Shown here piece by piece: positions 19,052-29,263 of a DNA stretch of 64,000 nucleotides; position 1 is the first letter of the stretch; every line of letters starts with the position of its first letter. The notes beneath the pieces are model-generated. The model was not told the DNA's origin, searched no databases, and saw only the letters and a list, made by a program, of their open reading frames with translations. This DNA comes from Eubacteriales bacterium. GTDB taxonomy: Bacteria; Bacillota; Clostridia; Oscillospirales; JAAYXM01. The position numbers and the translations under genes were made by a program. The stretch lies in assembly GCA_045586595.1 (NCBI GenBank), contig JAZNAQ010000031.1, positions 36,143 through 100,142 on the forward strand. Reading direction: 5' to 3'.

Positions 19052-20233
19052 CTATGACTTGTTAAAATAATTCATCGGGTTTGTGTGCTTGCCGTTTATA
19101 AGAATCTCAAAGTGAAGATGCGGGCCTGTTGAGTAGCCTGTTGAACCGACTAGGCCTATAACATCGCCCTTTGTTACGGTCGCTCCCTTGGTTGTCTTAA
19201 TCTTGCTCATATGAGCATATAGCGTAGACTTACCGCCGCCATGGTCAATAACTACATAGTTGCCGTAGCCCTTGCTCGACCACCCTGCAACAACAACCTT
19301 TCCGCTGTTTGCCGCATAGATGTTACTACCCATGCTTGCGCCGATATCAATACCGGTATGCATGGAGGTTTTCTTTGTAATCGGGTCTTTTCTGGTCCCG
19401 TATCGCGATGTAATTCTCGTTGCCTGAGTCGGCCAGCGGAACTCACCGCCTACATATGTTGATGAACTCGAGTTTGAAAGAAGCTTCTGTAGCGATGCAC
19501 GAGCTGCATCCATAGCTCTTTCCGCCTCGTTAAACGCTCTCTCATATTCAGCAGCTTCTGAATTGAGTGATTTAATGAGCGAGTTTGCCTGATTATACTG
19601 TGTCTTAAGCGAATTCTGCTTTGAAACGAGGTTTTTCTTCGCTGTTGTTTGCTCAGCGCGTGCCGAATCAATGCTTGCCTTTTTTTCTTCAATGGCCGCA
19701 CGCGTATCTGCGAGCTCACGCATAAGCTGTTTGTCGCCCTCGACAACACTGCCTATAATTTCTGTACGCGTAAGCATATCTGAGAAGCTGTCGGCAGAAA
19801 GGATTATACCCAGCATGGAGGCCGTCCCTTCCTCTTCCATGATTCTTACTCGTGCGAGAAAATCGTCATACTGCTTTTGTTCCTTAGCCTGTGCCGCAGT
19901 AAGCTCTGCCGTAACCGTTGCTACCTGTACATCGAGCGCCGCAATAAGCCGATTTATGGTGTCAACCTCTTGCTCGGTTACATCTATCTGCTGGTCGAGA
20001 GCTGCTTTTTTTGTCATTGTCGACTGTTTTTTTGACTCTATCGCACGCAACTCTTTCTTTATCTTTTCCTGTTGGTTTGCAAGGTTTGAGAGCTTGCTGT
20101 TTAGGCTCGAAACCGTTTCTGCCGCACCTGCGTGTGTATTTATTACAATCTCCGCCACAAATGCGAACACAAGAGAAAATGCGAGAATCCCTGCAATAAT
20201 AGCCGAAACTACGCGTACCTTTTTCGTGCTCAT
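19052..20233 (-). CDS. Coiled-coil M23 (LytM) peptidoglycan metalloendopeptidase, EnvC-like architecture
   Basis: 393 aa with a signal anchor and about 230 aa of heptad-rich coiled coil. The M23 domain has intact HTGID (HxxxD) and PHLHFE (HxH). Confidence 0.85.
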   Translation of the reverse strand: MSTKKVRVVSAIIAGILAFSLVFAFVAEIVINTHAGAAETVSSLNSKLSNLANQQEKIKKELRAIESKKQSTMTKKAALDQQIDVTEQEVDTINRLIAALDVQVATVTAELTAAQAKEQKQYDDFLARVRIMEEEGTASMLGIILSADSFSDMLTRTEIIGSVVEGDKQLMRELADTRAAIEEKKASIDSARAEQTTAKKNLVSKQNSLKTQYNQANSLIKSLNSEAAEYERAFNEAERAMDAARASLQKLLSNSSSSTYVGGEFRWPTQATRITSRYGTRKDPITKKTSMHTGIDIGASMGSNIYAANSGKVVVAGWSSKGYGNYVVIDHGGGKSTLYAHMSKIKTTKGATVTKGDVIGLVGSTGYSTGPHLHFEILINGKHTNPMNYFNKS

Positions 20234-20270
20234 GTGGGGTAAGCCCTCCTTAAATGATTATATCCAAAGT

Positions 20271-21158
20271 TTAAACTTTTAAGAATTTCCTGAGTGTTAT
20301 CGCGCTTCCCGCGCCGCCTACCAGAATACCTACGCCATAGAACATTGCAAGAATATACCAAACGGTATCCCCAAAAGAAACAGCAGCTATAAAGCTTATC
20401 GACGAAAGCGCACTCGCCACAACATATTCATACACGCCCCATTGCAAAAGCATGGCAAGAGTCGCTCCTGCAATGCCGATGAGCAAGCCCTCTATCACAA
20501 ACGGAATTCGCACAAAACCGTTTGTAGCACCTATCATCTTCATTATGGCAATCTCTTCACGACGGTTGAACATCGTAAGGTTTACGGTGTTTGAAATTAT
20601 GAATACCGACACAAGAATGAGAATGGTGATAAGTACTGCACATATAACTGTTGTGACATCTCTTACCTGAATTATCTTATCTGAAATATCACTTCGCGCA
20701 CTGACTTTTGCAATCCCCTCGACCTGGCCCAGCGCATCAGCTGCCGCCTGCGTGTCATGGATGCTTCGCAAGGTTACGGTATATCTGTCACGCAGAGGGT
20801 TTCGCTCCTCAAGCCCATCGAGAATTCCGCTTTCATCGCCGAAATCTTCTTTAAACTTTTCAAGCGCTTCGGTTTTTGTCATATACTCAGCAGAGGCAAT
20901 TTCAGGTATTGCTAGAATATCGCTCTTAATCGCGCGTGCTGCTTCTTCTGAAAGAGTTTCGTCCACATAAGCGACGACCTCGTTCTTGTTTTCAATATCC
21001 TCAAGAAGCTTGTCTATATTTACCGCAACAAGCGAGAAACTCCCCATAAGGAGCAGGCAGGCGGTGATAACGCTCATCGCCGCAACGCTCATCAATCTAT
21101 GAGAAAATATGCTCGAGATTCCCTCTCGCAGAAAATATGTAAAGTTATAAAGTTTCAT
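20271..21158 (-). CDS. ftsX: Cell division permease-like protein FtsX
   Basis: 295 aa with four TM segments, a large first extracellular loop and a C-terminal FtsX-like permease domain. It overlaps ftsE. Confidence 0.9.
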   Translation of the reverse strand: MKLYNFTYFLREGISSIFSHRLMSVAAMSVITACLLLMGSFSLVAVNIDKLLEDIENKNEVVAYVDETLSEEAARAIKSDILAIPEIASAEYMTKTEALEKFKEDFGDESGILDGLEERNPLRDRYTVTLRSIHDTQAAADALGQVEGIAKVSARSDISDKIIQVRDVTTVICAVLITILILVSVFIISNTVNLTMFNRREEIAIMKMIGATNGFVRIPFVIEGLLIGIAGATLAMLLQWGVYEYVVASALSSISFIAAVSFGDTVWYILAMFYGVGILVGGAGSAITLRKFLKV

Positions 21159-21834
21159 TTTGGTAGTACCCGCCTGTTCTGTCGCTGATAATGCGACCGC
21201 TGTCTATAGCGATTACTCGCTTTGAAAACTCATTTACAAGTTCGCGCTCATGCGTTACAACGAGCACTGTTGTGCCAAGCTCATTTATCTTTTCGAGCAG
21301 GCTCATTATCTCAATAGACATCTTCGGGTCGAGGTTTCCCGTTGGCTCGTCTGCAATTATCATACTCGGGTTATTTACAAGCGCGCGCGCAACCGCAACC
21401 CTCTGGCGTTCACCGCCCGAAAGCTCATTCGGGAACGATTTCATCTTGTGCTCAAGGCCAACAAGCTGAAGAACGTATGGCACGCGTTTTTTAATAATAC
21501 GCGGCGATGCGCCTACTGCACGCATTGCAAACGCTACGTTTTCATACACGGTCTTTTTATCTATGAGCCTGAAGTCCTGAAATACAACGCCTACGGTACG
21601 GCGAAGCTCAGGCACCTTTGACGACTTCAATCTGTTTAAGTTGAACCCGTTTACTATACCTCTGCCCGAGGTCATCTTAACCTCGCTTGTAAGTATCTTC
21701 ACTATTGTTGATTTACCCGATGCTGAAGAGCCGACAAGAAATACAAACTCCCCGTCGTCTATTTTTAAATTTATACCCGACAGAGCAGGTGTTCCGTTCT
21801 CGTACACCTTGCAAACATCGAGAAGCCTAACCAT
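21145..21834 (-). CDS. ftsE: Cell division ATP-binding protein FtsE
   Basis: Walker A GSSASGKST, ABC signature LSGGERQRVAVARAL and Walker B IIADEPTGNLD. The ORF starts at GTG 21843, but the ATG at 21834 is more likely. Confidence 0.92.
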   Translation of the reverse strand: MVRLLDVCKVYENGTPALSGINLKIDDGEFVFLVGSSASGKSTIVKILTSEVKMTSGRGIVNGFNLNRLKSSKVPELRRTVGVVFQDFRLIDKKTVYENVAFAMRAVGASPRIIKKRVPYVLQLVGLEHKMKSFPNELSGGERQRVAVARALVNNPSMIIADEPTGNLDPKMSIEIMSLLEKINELGTTVLVVTHERELVNEFSKRVIAIDSGRIISDRTGGYYQNETL

Positions 21835-21880
21835 TATCCCCACATTCCTTTCACAAAAGCAGCTATGGGCACAGCATCTT

Positions 21881-22972
21881 TTAGAATGCTGAGCCCTGGA
21901 TTGATAAGTATTTTTTTACCATAAGGGCGACCTTAAATATTATTGCGTGGTCAAATTCTCTAAGGTCAAGTCCCGTGATTTTTTTGATTTTCTCAAGTCG
22001 ATAAACAAGTGTGTTTCTGTGAACAAACAAGTTTCGCGATGTCTCAGAAACATTCAAGTTGTTCTCAAAGAATTTCTGTATCGTCATAAGTGTTTCAGAA
22101 TCAAGCGAGTCGAGAGAATTATCCTTGAACACTTCAGAGAGAAACATCTCACAAAGCGTTGTCGGAAGCTGATATATAAGCCTGCCGATGCCGAGGTTTT
22201 CATAGCTCATAACATCGCGTTCAGTATCGAACATCTTCCCGACATTGATTGCCGACTGTGCCTCTTTATATGAACCCGCAAGGTCCTTCAGAGTGAGAGC
22301 AACCGTGCCTATGCCTATTTCGGTTATTGTAAGAAGCTCTGCTTTGAGCGTATCTCGTATACTCTCAGCAACCTTTATAAACTGCTTGGTGTCAGCGTTT
22401 TTTGAAGTTTCACAAACTACCGCAAGCTCTGTCTCGCTGATGCTTATAACAAAATCTTTCATCTTATCGGGGAACATATTTGAAACAATGTCAATCGCAG
22501 CTGTATCACAGTGCTCTACCTGGCGAATGAGGTATACAACATGCGGAACATCCTGCGGCATGCGGAGCTCGCTTGCCTTCATATAGATGTCTCCCGAGAG
22601 GATGTTGTCGAGAATTATATTCTTTATAAACGTTGCCCGGTCGTGCTTTTCGTCATAGTACTTTTTGGCATTACCCACCGCAAGCGCCGCCATAACAGCA
22701 AGACTCCTTGCGTATTCGTCCTCACCGGAGACAAATACGACATACTCAAAACGTGCTCCGGGAGTGGCAACAGGTTTGTATGTATATCCGTCCCGGACCA
22801 TATATGAGCCTATCATCTCCTCCAGCGCGCCGAGAGCGTCGTCACGAAGCGTCCCCTTAAGGCTTTGGTCTGTACACGCGACAACCTCGCCCGTAACATT
22901 CATAACGCCGACAGTTCTGTCGGTAGCCTCTTTCATCTGAAGTATAGTATTTTGAAGCATTCTCCAAGCCAT
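21881..22972 (-). CDS. PucR/CdaR-family transcriptional regulator
   Basis: 363 aa with a C-terminal PucR-type HTH (TSRNLFVHRNTLVYRLEKIKKITGLDLREF). The N-terminal sensor region is unassigned. Confidence 0.7.
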   Translation of the reverse strand: MAWRMLQNTILQMKEATDRTVGVMNVTGEVVACTDQSLKGTLRDDALGALEEMIGSYMVRDGYTYKPVATPGARFEYVVFVSGEDEYARSLAVMAALAVGNAKKYYDEKHDRATFIKNIILDNILSGDIYMKASELRMPQDVPHVVYLIRQVEHCDTAAIDIVSNMFPDKMKDFVISISETELAVVCETSKNADTKQFIKVAESIRDTLKAELLTITEIGIGTVALTLKDLAGSYKEAQSAINVGKMFDTERDVMSYENLGIGRLIYQLPTTLCEMFLSEVFKDNSLDSLDSETLMTIQKFFENNLNVSETSRNLFVHRNTLVYRLEKIKKITGLDLREFDHAIIFKVALMVKKYLSIQGSAF

Positions 22973-23074
22973 ATGTCTAACCCATCCCTTAATATGTTAC
23001 ATCAAATCACACTATGTCGTATTATATTGTACCAAATAACATAGTCAAAATCAATGAATTTTCTGTAAAAATAT

Positions 23075-23971
23075 CTAAAAATGTCTTTGTGATTCTCTCT
23101 TTGCAAGGTCAACGTCACGCGCTATCTGCTCACGGAGTTCTTCAACACTTCCAAAACGTCTTTCCGGACGAATAAACTTCAGAAATTCGGTTTTTATGGT
23201 TTTTCCGTAGAGGTCACCCTCAAAACCAAAAATATTGGTTTCGGCACGCACCGCTCCGGATTTTGAAACGGTAGGGCAAACGCCCACATTTGTTACACCG
23301 AAGAAAACCCGGCCCTCTGCCGTGATCCGTGAAAGATATACACCATACTGCGGCTGCTGTATATCTTCGGGGATTATCTGATTTATCGTCGGAAACCCTA
23401 TTTGTCCCCCGAGTTCTTTTCCGTGAACAACCTCGGATATTATACAGTGATAGTGTCCAAGAAGAGTCGATGCTCTCTCCACATTGCCTGCCGAAATAAG
23501 TTCGCGTATAGCCGACGAACTTACCGTAACCCCGTCAACCTTTACCTCGTCAATAATATCACACCCAACGCCTCTGTTCTCACAAAGTTTCACAAGGAGC
23601 ATTGCATCGCCTGCACCGCCTGCGCCAAATCGAAAATCAAAGCCTGCTACAACATGACATGCGTCCAGCTCAGATATTATAATTTTATCAAAAAACTCCT
23701 CGCAGGAAAGACTTGAATACTCTCTTGTAAACTCTCTCACTATCACATCATTTATTCCGTAAAGGCGGGACATGAATTCACATCTCTCATCTGTCGTGTT
23801 TAAAAGCTTTACGGGTGTTTTTCCGATCACCTTAAACGGATGCTGTGAATAAGTAAGCACGGACGCCGAGCATCCGAGCTTCGCGGCGACCTCTGTTGTT
23901 CTTTTAAGCAATGCTCCATGCCCTATATGAACTCCGTCAAAAAAGCCGAGTGCGATAACTCTTTTCTTCAT
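23075..23971 (-). CDS. ribF: Bifunctional riboflavin kinase / FMN adenylyltransferase
   Basis: 298 aa with N-terminal GFFDGVHIGH and a C-terminal riboflavin kinase domain (GFPTIN..., LEFLKFIRPE). Confidence 0.92.
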   Translation of the reverse strand: MKKRVIALGFFDGVHIGHGALLKRTTEVAAKLGCSASVLTYSQHPFKVIGKTPVKLLNTTDERCEFMSRLYGINDVIVREFTREYSSLSCEEFFDKIIISELDACHVVAGFDFRFGAGGAGDAMLLVKLCENRGVGCDIIDEVKVDGVTVSSSAIRELISAGNVERASTLLGHYHCIISEVVHGKELGGQIGFPTINQIIPEDIQQPQYGVYLSRITAEGRVFFGVTNVGVCPTVSKSGAVRAETNIFGFEGDLYGKTIKTEFLKFIRPERRFGSVEELREQIARDVDLAKRESQRHF

Positions 23972-23973
23972 GT

Positions 23974-24828
23974 CTACACCTCAAAGAAGCTCTTGACCGT
24001 TACAAGAGCACTGTTTTCATTTCCCTCGGCAAGCATGAGAAACTCCCCACCTTCTCCATACACCCGATATATTCTGCCGTTCTCTGCATTGTACGGAACA
24101 GGCGCGCCGTTGCGGCATTTTTTCTCACCTGCAGCATCTATTGTGACTGCCATGTATTCCGAAAACATGAAATCAACAGGGGTAAGAGAAGGCTCTGTTT
24201 CTATTTCCTCAATAGTCCTTGCTCTGTCAATCGTGAATATACCCGACTTTGTTCTCCGAAGCGCAGTCATTGCGGCACCGCACCCGAGGGCCTCCCCTAT
24301 GTCATAAACGAGCGTTCTTATGTACGTTCCTTTTGAGCATGATACGGATATTTCATACTCACACCCGTCTAAGTGACGAGCTTCTATTGCATGGATTGTT
24401 ATTTTACGAGTGGCACGCTCTATACTTTTGCCTTCTCTTGCAAGCTTATAGAGCGGAACGCCGTCAACCTTAAGCGCAGAGTACATCGGCGGTGTCTGCA
24501 TTATTTCTCCGCGAAAGCGCCCACACGCCGCAATAACCTCATCGGGAGATACCGTAACAGGCCTCTCTCTGAGAACCTGCCCGGTTATATCCTGTGTATC
24601 AGTAGTCACTCCGAGCCGAAAGCGCGCAGTATATGCTTTTTCATCACACAGCGCAAACTCACACGCACGGGTTGCACGCCCCACAAACACAGGCAAAACG
24701 CCCGTAGCCATAGGGTCAAGCGTCCCTGAGTGGCCAACTCTGCGTGTTCCGAATATTCTTCTCATTCGCGCGACCACATCGTGCGAGGTCATACCCTCAG
24801 GTTTATCAACAATAACAATTCCGTTCAT
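23974..24828 (-). CDS. truB: tRNA pseudouridine(55) synthase
   Basis: Shows the GIVIVDKPEGMTSHDVV and GHSGTLDP catalytic Asp motifs. The ORF runs to 24876, but MNGIV at 24828 is the conserved-type start. Confidence 0.92.
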   Translation of the reverse strand: MNGIVIVDKPEGMTSHDVVARMRRIFGTRRVGHSGTLDPMATGVLPVFVGRATRACEFALCDEKAYTARFRLGVTTDTQDITGQVLRERPVTVSPDEVIAACGRFRGEIMQTPPMYSALKVDGVPLYKLAREGKSIERATRKITIHAIEARHLDGCEYEISVSCSKGTYIRTLVYDIGEALGCGAAMTALRRTKSGIFTIDRARTIEEIETEPSLTPVDFMFSEYMAVTIDAAGEKKCRNGAPVPYNAENGRIYRVYGEGGEFLMLAEGNENSALVTVKSFFEV

Positions 24829-24862
24829 TGCATACCTTCCAAAACAAACTTTAAAAGCAGAC

Positions 24863-24891
24863 TTTGCGGAACACATCTGTGCTCCGCAAAA
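24863..24891 (-). other. Imperfect hairpin between rbfA-nrnA and truB
   Basis: UUUGCGGAGCAC/GUGUUCCGCAAA with 12 positions paired and 1 mismatch. The U run starts 6 nt downstream, so it may be a weak terminator or processing site. Confidence 0.3.
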
Positions 24892-24893
24892 AT

Positions 24894-26198
24894 CTAAAAT
24901 AATTCAAGTTCTTCTATGCGTGCGATAATACGCTGCTCTGCTTCATCAATAGATGCATTGACTGTGCACCCTGCGGCGCGCTCGTGGCCGCCGCCGCCAA
25001 AATATGCACAAAACTCTGCCGCATTTACTTTATCATCCGAACGAAGCGATATTTTTGCCGCGCCGTCTTTTTCGTGGATGTATACGCCGAGAGACACACC
25101 CTTTGCAACGCGCGCAAGCGCAGAGATGCCGTCAAGGTCATCGTCTGTGGCCTTAACTCTTTTAATCGTTTCGTCAGAAAGCTTTATTATACAAACACGC
25201 CCGCCAAAGCATATATTCATGCCTGCAAAGATTTCTGACTCAAGCGCAAGCCTTGCACGAGTTTTTTCTACAAAAAATTCGCGGTTTATCGCTTCAAAAT
25301 CTGCACCTTTTGCAATAAGCTCTGCCGCTTTTTTATGAGTTTCGGGTGTTGTGTTTGCGTGCAAAAACCTGCCTGTATCAGTTGAAATTGCAACATACAG
25401 TGCATTAGCAAGCTTTTTTGTAAATTTTACACCAAGAGCCTTGACTACATCATAGATTATCTCTCCGCATGCCGCCGCATCAGAATCGACACAGGCACGG
25501 CGCGAATAGGCTTTATGCGTAACATGGTGGTCTATAACAAGGTCAACGGCATCGACATACTCATCACTGCCCTTTGCAAGAAGTTTTTTATCTGCGCAGT
25601 CAACCGCTACTATGCACGAGGGTTTGAAGCCCCCCGGCGCAAGATACGGCTTTGCAAGTTTTGAAAGCTTCTTGTTAAACTCCGGGTTGCTAGACACATA
25701 TGCGCGTTTCCCCGCAGAAGTAAGCGCAATAGCGAGAGCTACGGCACTCCCCGCCGTATCTCCGTCCGGGCTTTTATGCGTGAGAATGAGGATATCGTCG
25801 CGCGTTTTAAGAAACTCTGCGACAGATGGAACATCAAGCATTCTCTTTTTGTTGTCATCACGCGAGACGTTCTCAATAAGCTCCATAATATGTGTTCCTG
25901 TAACTATAGAGCTGTCGGCGACAAACGCAAGCTCAGGGGTATAGCGAAGACGGAGCTTGCGCGATGCCTCACGGCGGAGATACCCCGATGCGGATACAAG
26001 ACCTTTGATGCAGTCTTTTGACGCCTTCTCGTCACCGAGAACACTTACATACACGCGCGCACTACCGAGGTCAGGAGCTGTTTCAACGCGCACAATGCTC
26101 ACAAGACCGCTGACTCTGGGGTCACGGACTGTTCTGATGAGCTCAGAGAGCGTTCTCATAAGCTCGTCGTTGACACGACCTATACGTACACTTCCCAT
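24894..26198 (-). CDS. rbfA-nrnA: Fusion protein: ribosome-binding factor A (RbfA) + DHH/DHHA1 phosphoesterase (NrnA-like oligoribonuclease/pAp phosphatase)
   Basis: One 434-aa ORF. Residues 1 to about 115 look like RbfA (RIGRVNDELMRTLSELI...YTPELAFVAD). Residues from about 125 carry DHH motifs (HKSPDGDTAGS, VIDHH) and DHHA1 GGGGHERAAG. No stop codon lies between the two parts. Confidence 0.85.
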   Translation of the reverse strand: MGSVRIGRVNDELMRTLSELIRTVRDPRVSGLVSIVRVETAPDLGSARVYVSVLGDEKASKDCIKGLVSASGYLRREASRKLRLRYTPELAFVADSSIVTGTHIMELIENVSRDDNKKRMLDVPSVAEFLKTRDDILILTHKSPDGDTAGSAVALAIALTSAGKRAYVSSNPEFNKKLSKLAKPYLAPGGFKPSCIVAVDCADKKLLAKGSDEYVDAVDLVIDHHVTHKAYSRRACVDSDAAACGEIIYDVVKALGVKFTKKLANALYVAISTDTGRFLHANTTPETHKKAAELIAKGADFEAINREFFVEKTRARLALESEIFAGMNICFGGRVCIIKLSDETIKRVKATDDDLDGISALARVAKGVSLGVYIHEKDGAAKISLRSDDKVNAAEFCAYFGGGGHERAAGCTVNASIDEAEQRIIARIEELELF

Positions 26199-26205
26199 AA
26201 TAAAA

Positions 26206-28533
26206 CTAATCCTTTACTTCTACCATTTCATATGCTTCAACAACATCTCCTTCTTTAATGTCGTTGAAGTTTTCAACACTAAGACCGCACTCATAGCCTG
26301 ATGCAACTTCCTTTGCATCGTCTTTGAAGCGTTTGAGCGATGCAAGGTTTCCGTCATATACAACGATTCCGTCGCGGACAACGCGGACGCTTGCATTTCT
26401 TGTAATCTTACCGTCAATTACATGGCAGCCCGCGATTGTTCCTATCTTAGAAACCTTAAATGTCTGGCGGATTTCAGCATGGCCAAGTACTTCCTCACGG
26501 AACTTCGGAGCGAGAAGGCCCTTCATCGCAGCCTCCATCTCCTCAATGCAGTCATAGATTATGCGATAGGTGCGTATATCCGTCCCCGATGCTGCAGCGC
26601 TGTCGCGTGCACCTGCATCCGGACGTACATTAAAACCTACAACAATAGCATTTGATGCTGACGCAAGAAGTATATCCGACTCGTTTATAGCGCCGACCCC
26701 TGTATGGATAACACGAACACGTACCTCTTCGTTTGTAAGCTTTTCAAGAGATGCCTTGACCGCTTCTGCAGTACCCTTAACGTCTGCCTTGACGATGACG
26801 GGAAGCTCTTTTATCTCACCCTGCTGAATCTGGTCGAACAGGTCCTCAAGCGATACCTTGCGTGCCTGCGACTTATTCGCCTCATCTTTCTCGGTCTGCT
26901 TGCGCTGCTCAACAAGTTCTCTTGCCATGCGCTCGTCATCTACTGCGTAGAAAATGTCGCCTGCATTAGGCACCTCCGACAAGCCGATGACCTCAACCGG
27001 AACAGACGGGCCTGCTGTTTTTATTTTTCTGCCCTTATCGTCTGTCATCGCACGGATGCGTCCGACGCTTGTTCCTGCAATTATAACATCGCCCGCATTA
27101 AGCGTACCGTTTGATACAAGAAGAGTTGCAACCGGGCCGCGGCCGCGGTCAAGCTTTGCCTCAACAACTGTTCCCTTTGCACTGCGGTCAGGATTTGCCT
27201 TAAGGTCAAGCATATCGGCAGTGAGGATTACCATTTCGAGAAGCTCATCAATGCCTTCACCGCGTTTTGCGGAAATCGGGCATACTATAGTGCTTCCGCC
27301 CCACTCCTCAGGAACAAGCTCATACTCTGTGAGCTGCTGTTTTATTCTGTCGGGGTTTGCACCCTCAACATCCATCTTGTTTACAGCTACAACAATCGGA
27401 ACATCTGCCGCCTTTGCGTGGTTTATGGCCTCAATAGTCTGAGGCATTATACCGTCATCAGCCGCAACAACAAGAATAACAACGTCAGTTACCTGCGCAC
27501 CGCGTGCACGCATTGAAGTGAACGCCTCGTGTCCGGGGGTGTCGAGGAAGGTAATCTTGCGGCCGTTTATTTCTACACGGTATGCACCTATATGCTGTGT
27601 GATACCGCCCGCCTCGCCGGAGGCTACATTTGTCTTTCTTACTGCATCGAGAAGCGATGTTTTACCGTGGTCAACATGGCCCATAACAACAACGACCGGG
27701 TCACGGCTCTTAAGGTCTTCTGCACGGTCCTCACTCTCGTCAATGAGCTTATCCTCAATGGTGACAATTACCTCGCGCTCTACCTTTGCGCCCATCTCGA
27801 GTGCAACAATAGCAGCGGTATCGTAGTCTATAACATCAGACATTGATGCCATAACACCAAGCTTTATGAGCTGCTTTACAACATCTGCGCCCGTTCTCTT
27901 CATTCGTGATGCAAGCTCACCTACGGAAATTTCGTCGGGTATCTGAACAGTAACCTGAGGCTTTTTCTTTACCTGCTGTTCAAGCTTCTTGAACTTCTCC
28001 TGTTCCTCCTGACGGCGCTTGTTGCCGTAGCTCTGCTGCTTGCGGTCGGGTGATCGCTTTATCTTCTGCTTCTGAACACCTATATCCTTCACACTATCCG
28101 GAACAAGGTTATCTACACGGTCGTCGTATTTAGAAAGGTCAACCGAGCCGCCGCGTGTATCAATAACGTGAGTCTGAACACCCTTCTTTGCGGGCTTTGC
28201 CGGCTGTTCTGCCTTATTTCCCTCTGCCTTTGACTCTGCAGTAGTCGGCTTGTTTTTGTTTTCTGTCTTCTTCGGCTCTCCTGCCTTTTCTTCGGTCGCC
28301 GGAGCCTGCTTCTTCTCCTCGTGGTAGACGTCCGCCATAAGACTCTCAAAGCTCTCAACCTGATTCTGCGCTGTAATTACGTCAAAAATTATGTTGAGCT
28401 CCTCATCCGTCAAAGATTGCATATTTGACTTCGGCTCGGCTGCATACTTTGTAAGTATTTCCGTAATTACTTTTGAAGTAACCTCAAAATCCTTTGCCAC
28501 ATCGCGGACTCTGTATTTTTGTAAGCTGCTCAT
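26206..28533 (-). CDS. infB: Translation initiation factor IF-2
   Basis: A Lys/Glu/Pro-rich N-terminal region followed by the GTPase domain ([28 protein letters not shown]). GGAGGTG followed by 9 nt and the ATG at 28533 is the likely start. The ORF extends to GTG 28545. Confidence 0.93.
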   Translation of the reverse strand: MSSLQKYRVRDVAKDFEVTSKVITEILTKYAAEPKSNMQSLTDEELNIIFDVITAQNQVESFESLMADVYHEEKKQAPATEEKAGEPKKTENKNKPTTAESKAEGNKAEQPAKPAKKGVQTHVIDTRGGSVDLSKYDDRVDNLVPDSVKDIGVQKQKIKRSPDRKQQSYGNKRRQEEQEKFKKLEQQVKKKPQVTVQIPDEISVGELASRMKRTGADVVKQLIKLGVMASMSDVIDYDTAAIVALEMGAKVEREVIVTIEDKLIDESEDRAEDLKSRDPVVVVMGHVDHGKTSLLDAVRKTNVASGEAGGITQHIGAYRVEINGRKITFLDTPGHEAFTSMRARGAQVTDVVILVVAADDGIMPQTIEAINHAKAADVPIVVAVNKMDVEGANPDRIKQQLTEYELVPEEWGGSTIVCPISAKRGEGIDELLEMVILTADMLDLKANPDRSAKGTVVEAKLDRGRGPVATLLVSNGTLNAGDVIIAGTSVGRIRAMTDDKGRKIKTAGPSVPVEVIGLSEVPNAGDIFYAVDDERMARELVEQRKQTEKDEANKSQARKVSLEDLFDQIQQGEIKELPVIVKADVKGTAEAVKASLEKLTNEEVRVRVIHTGVGAINESDILLASASNAIVVGFNVRPDAGARDSAAASGTDIRTYRIIYDCIEEMEAAMKGLLAPKFREEVLGHAEIRQTFKVSKIGTIAGCHVIDGKITRNASVRVVRDGIVVYDGNLASLKRFKDDAKEVASGYECGLSVENFNDIKEGDVVEAYEMVEVKD

Positions 28534-28575
28534 ACAGCATTCCACCTCCGTTTGAAATTCGTATTCTGCGAAAAT

Positions 28576-28971
28576 TTATTTTTTGCGCTTGCCCTTATTC
28601 TTTCGCGCGGCTATTTTTTCAGCGCGTGCAGAAAGTTGTTCCCTCACGGCTTCTGCCTGCGCATTACTTGCTGCAAGCTTATTTACAATCGCGGCACTCA
28701 AGCCTATATCGCATACCGCAACCGCTGCACACGGACGCTTTCCCAATGCGTTGCCGAGTTGCTCTCGGGTTTCCTCAACTGTTATTTGTGCAACCCCTGC
28801 GTTTTCTGCTATAAACACAAATGTGTCGCGAGTTCTTTCTGACGCATCTGATGCTGTAAGCACCAATCTCGCCCTCTTTTGCGAGATTGCCGCACGCACA
28901 GCCTCATCACCGGCCTCAATCATACCGGCACGCCTTGCAAGGCCCAGGAGCCCCAGATAATTACTCTGCAT
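28576..28971 (-). CDS. ylxQ: L7Ae-family RNA-binding protein YlxQ
   Basis: The internal start MQSNYLGLLGLARRAGMIEAGDEAV matches the YlxQ/L7Ae-type N-terminus. The longer ORF (to 29148) would fully overlap ylxR. A basic C-terminal tail is present. Confidence 0.75.
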   Translation of the reverse strand: MQSNYLGLLGLARRAGMIEAGDEAVRAAISQKRARLVLTASDASERTRDTFVFIAENAGVAQITVEETREQLGNALGKRPCAAVAVCDIGLSAAIVNKLAASNAQAEAVREQLSARAEKIAARKNKGKRKK

Positions 28972-29242
28972 CTTGCCCCTCCGAAAGCGAGTCCTCGAGC
29001 ACTTTGTATACCTCGGAAGAAATTGTGCACGAAAATGCCCGTTCCAATGCTTTTGCTTTTTTTGCACGGGTAAGACACTCTGCATTTTTACAAATATATG
29101 CGCCGCGCCCCGAAAGACGCCCGTAGAAGTCGAGCGATATTTCGCCATCTTTTGACTTTACCGCACGGATAAGCTCGCGTTTAGGCTTCATTTCCCGGCA
29201 CCCGACGCACTGGCGCATCGGTATTTTCTTTTCTTTTGTCAA
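28961..29242 (-). CDS. ylxR: YlxR/RnpM-family (DUF448) RNA-binding protein
   Basis: 93 aa with IPMRQCVGCREMKPKRELIR...GRGAYIC, typical of the family. It has a TTG start and sits in the conserved position after nusA. Confidence 0.85.
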   Translation of the reverse strand: MTKEKKIPMRQCVGCREMKPKRELIRAVKSKDGEISLDFYGRLSGRGAYICKNAECLTRAKKAKALERAFSCTISSEVYKVLEDSLSEGQDAE

Positions 29243-29263
29243 GGCGTGGCACCGTCCTTCTGT

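Noticed and set aside
19671-20282. 203-aa plus-strand ORF antisense to the M23 peptidase coiled-coil region.
   Set aside because: It is a Ser/Ala/Cys-rich low-complexity frame created by the repetitive Ala/Glu/Lys/Gln codons of the coiled coil on the other strand.
28972-29148. N-terminal 59-aa extension of the ylxQ ORF (190-aa version).
   Set aside because: It would overlap almost all of ylxR in another frame. The family-typical N-terminus begins at the internal MQSNYLGLL.
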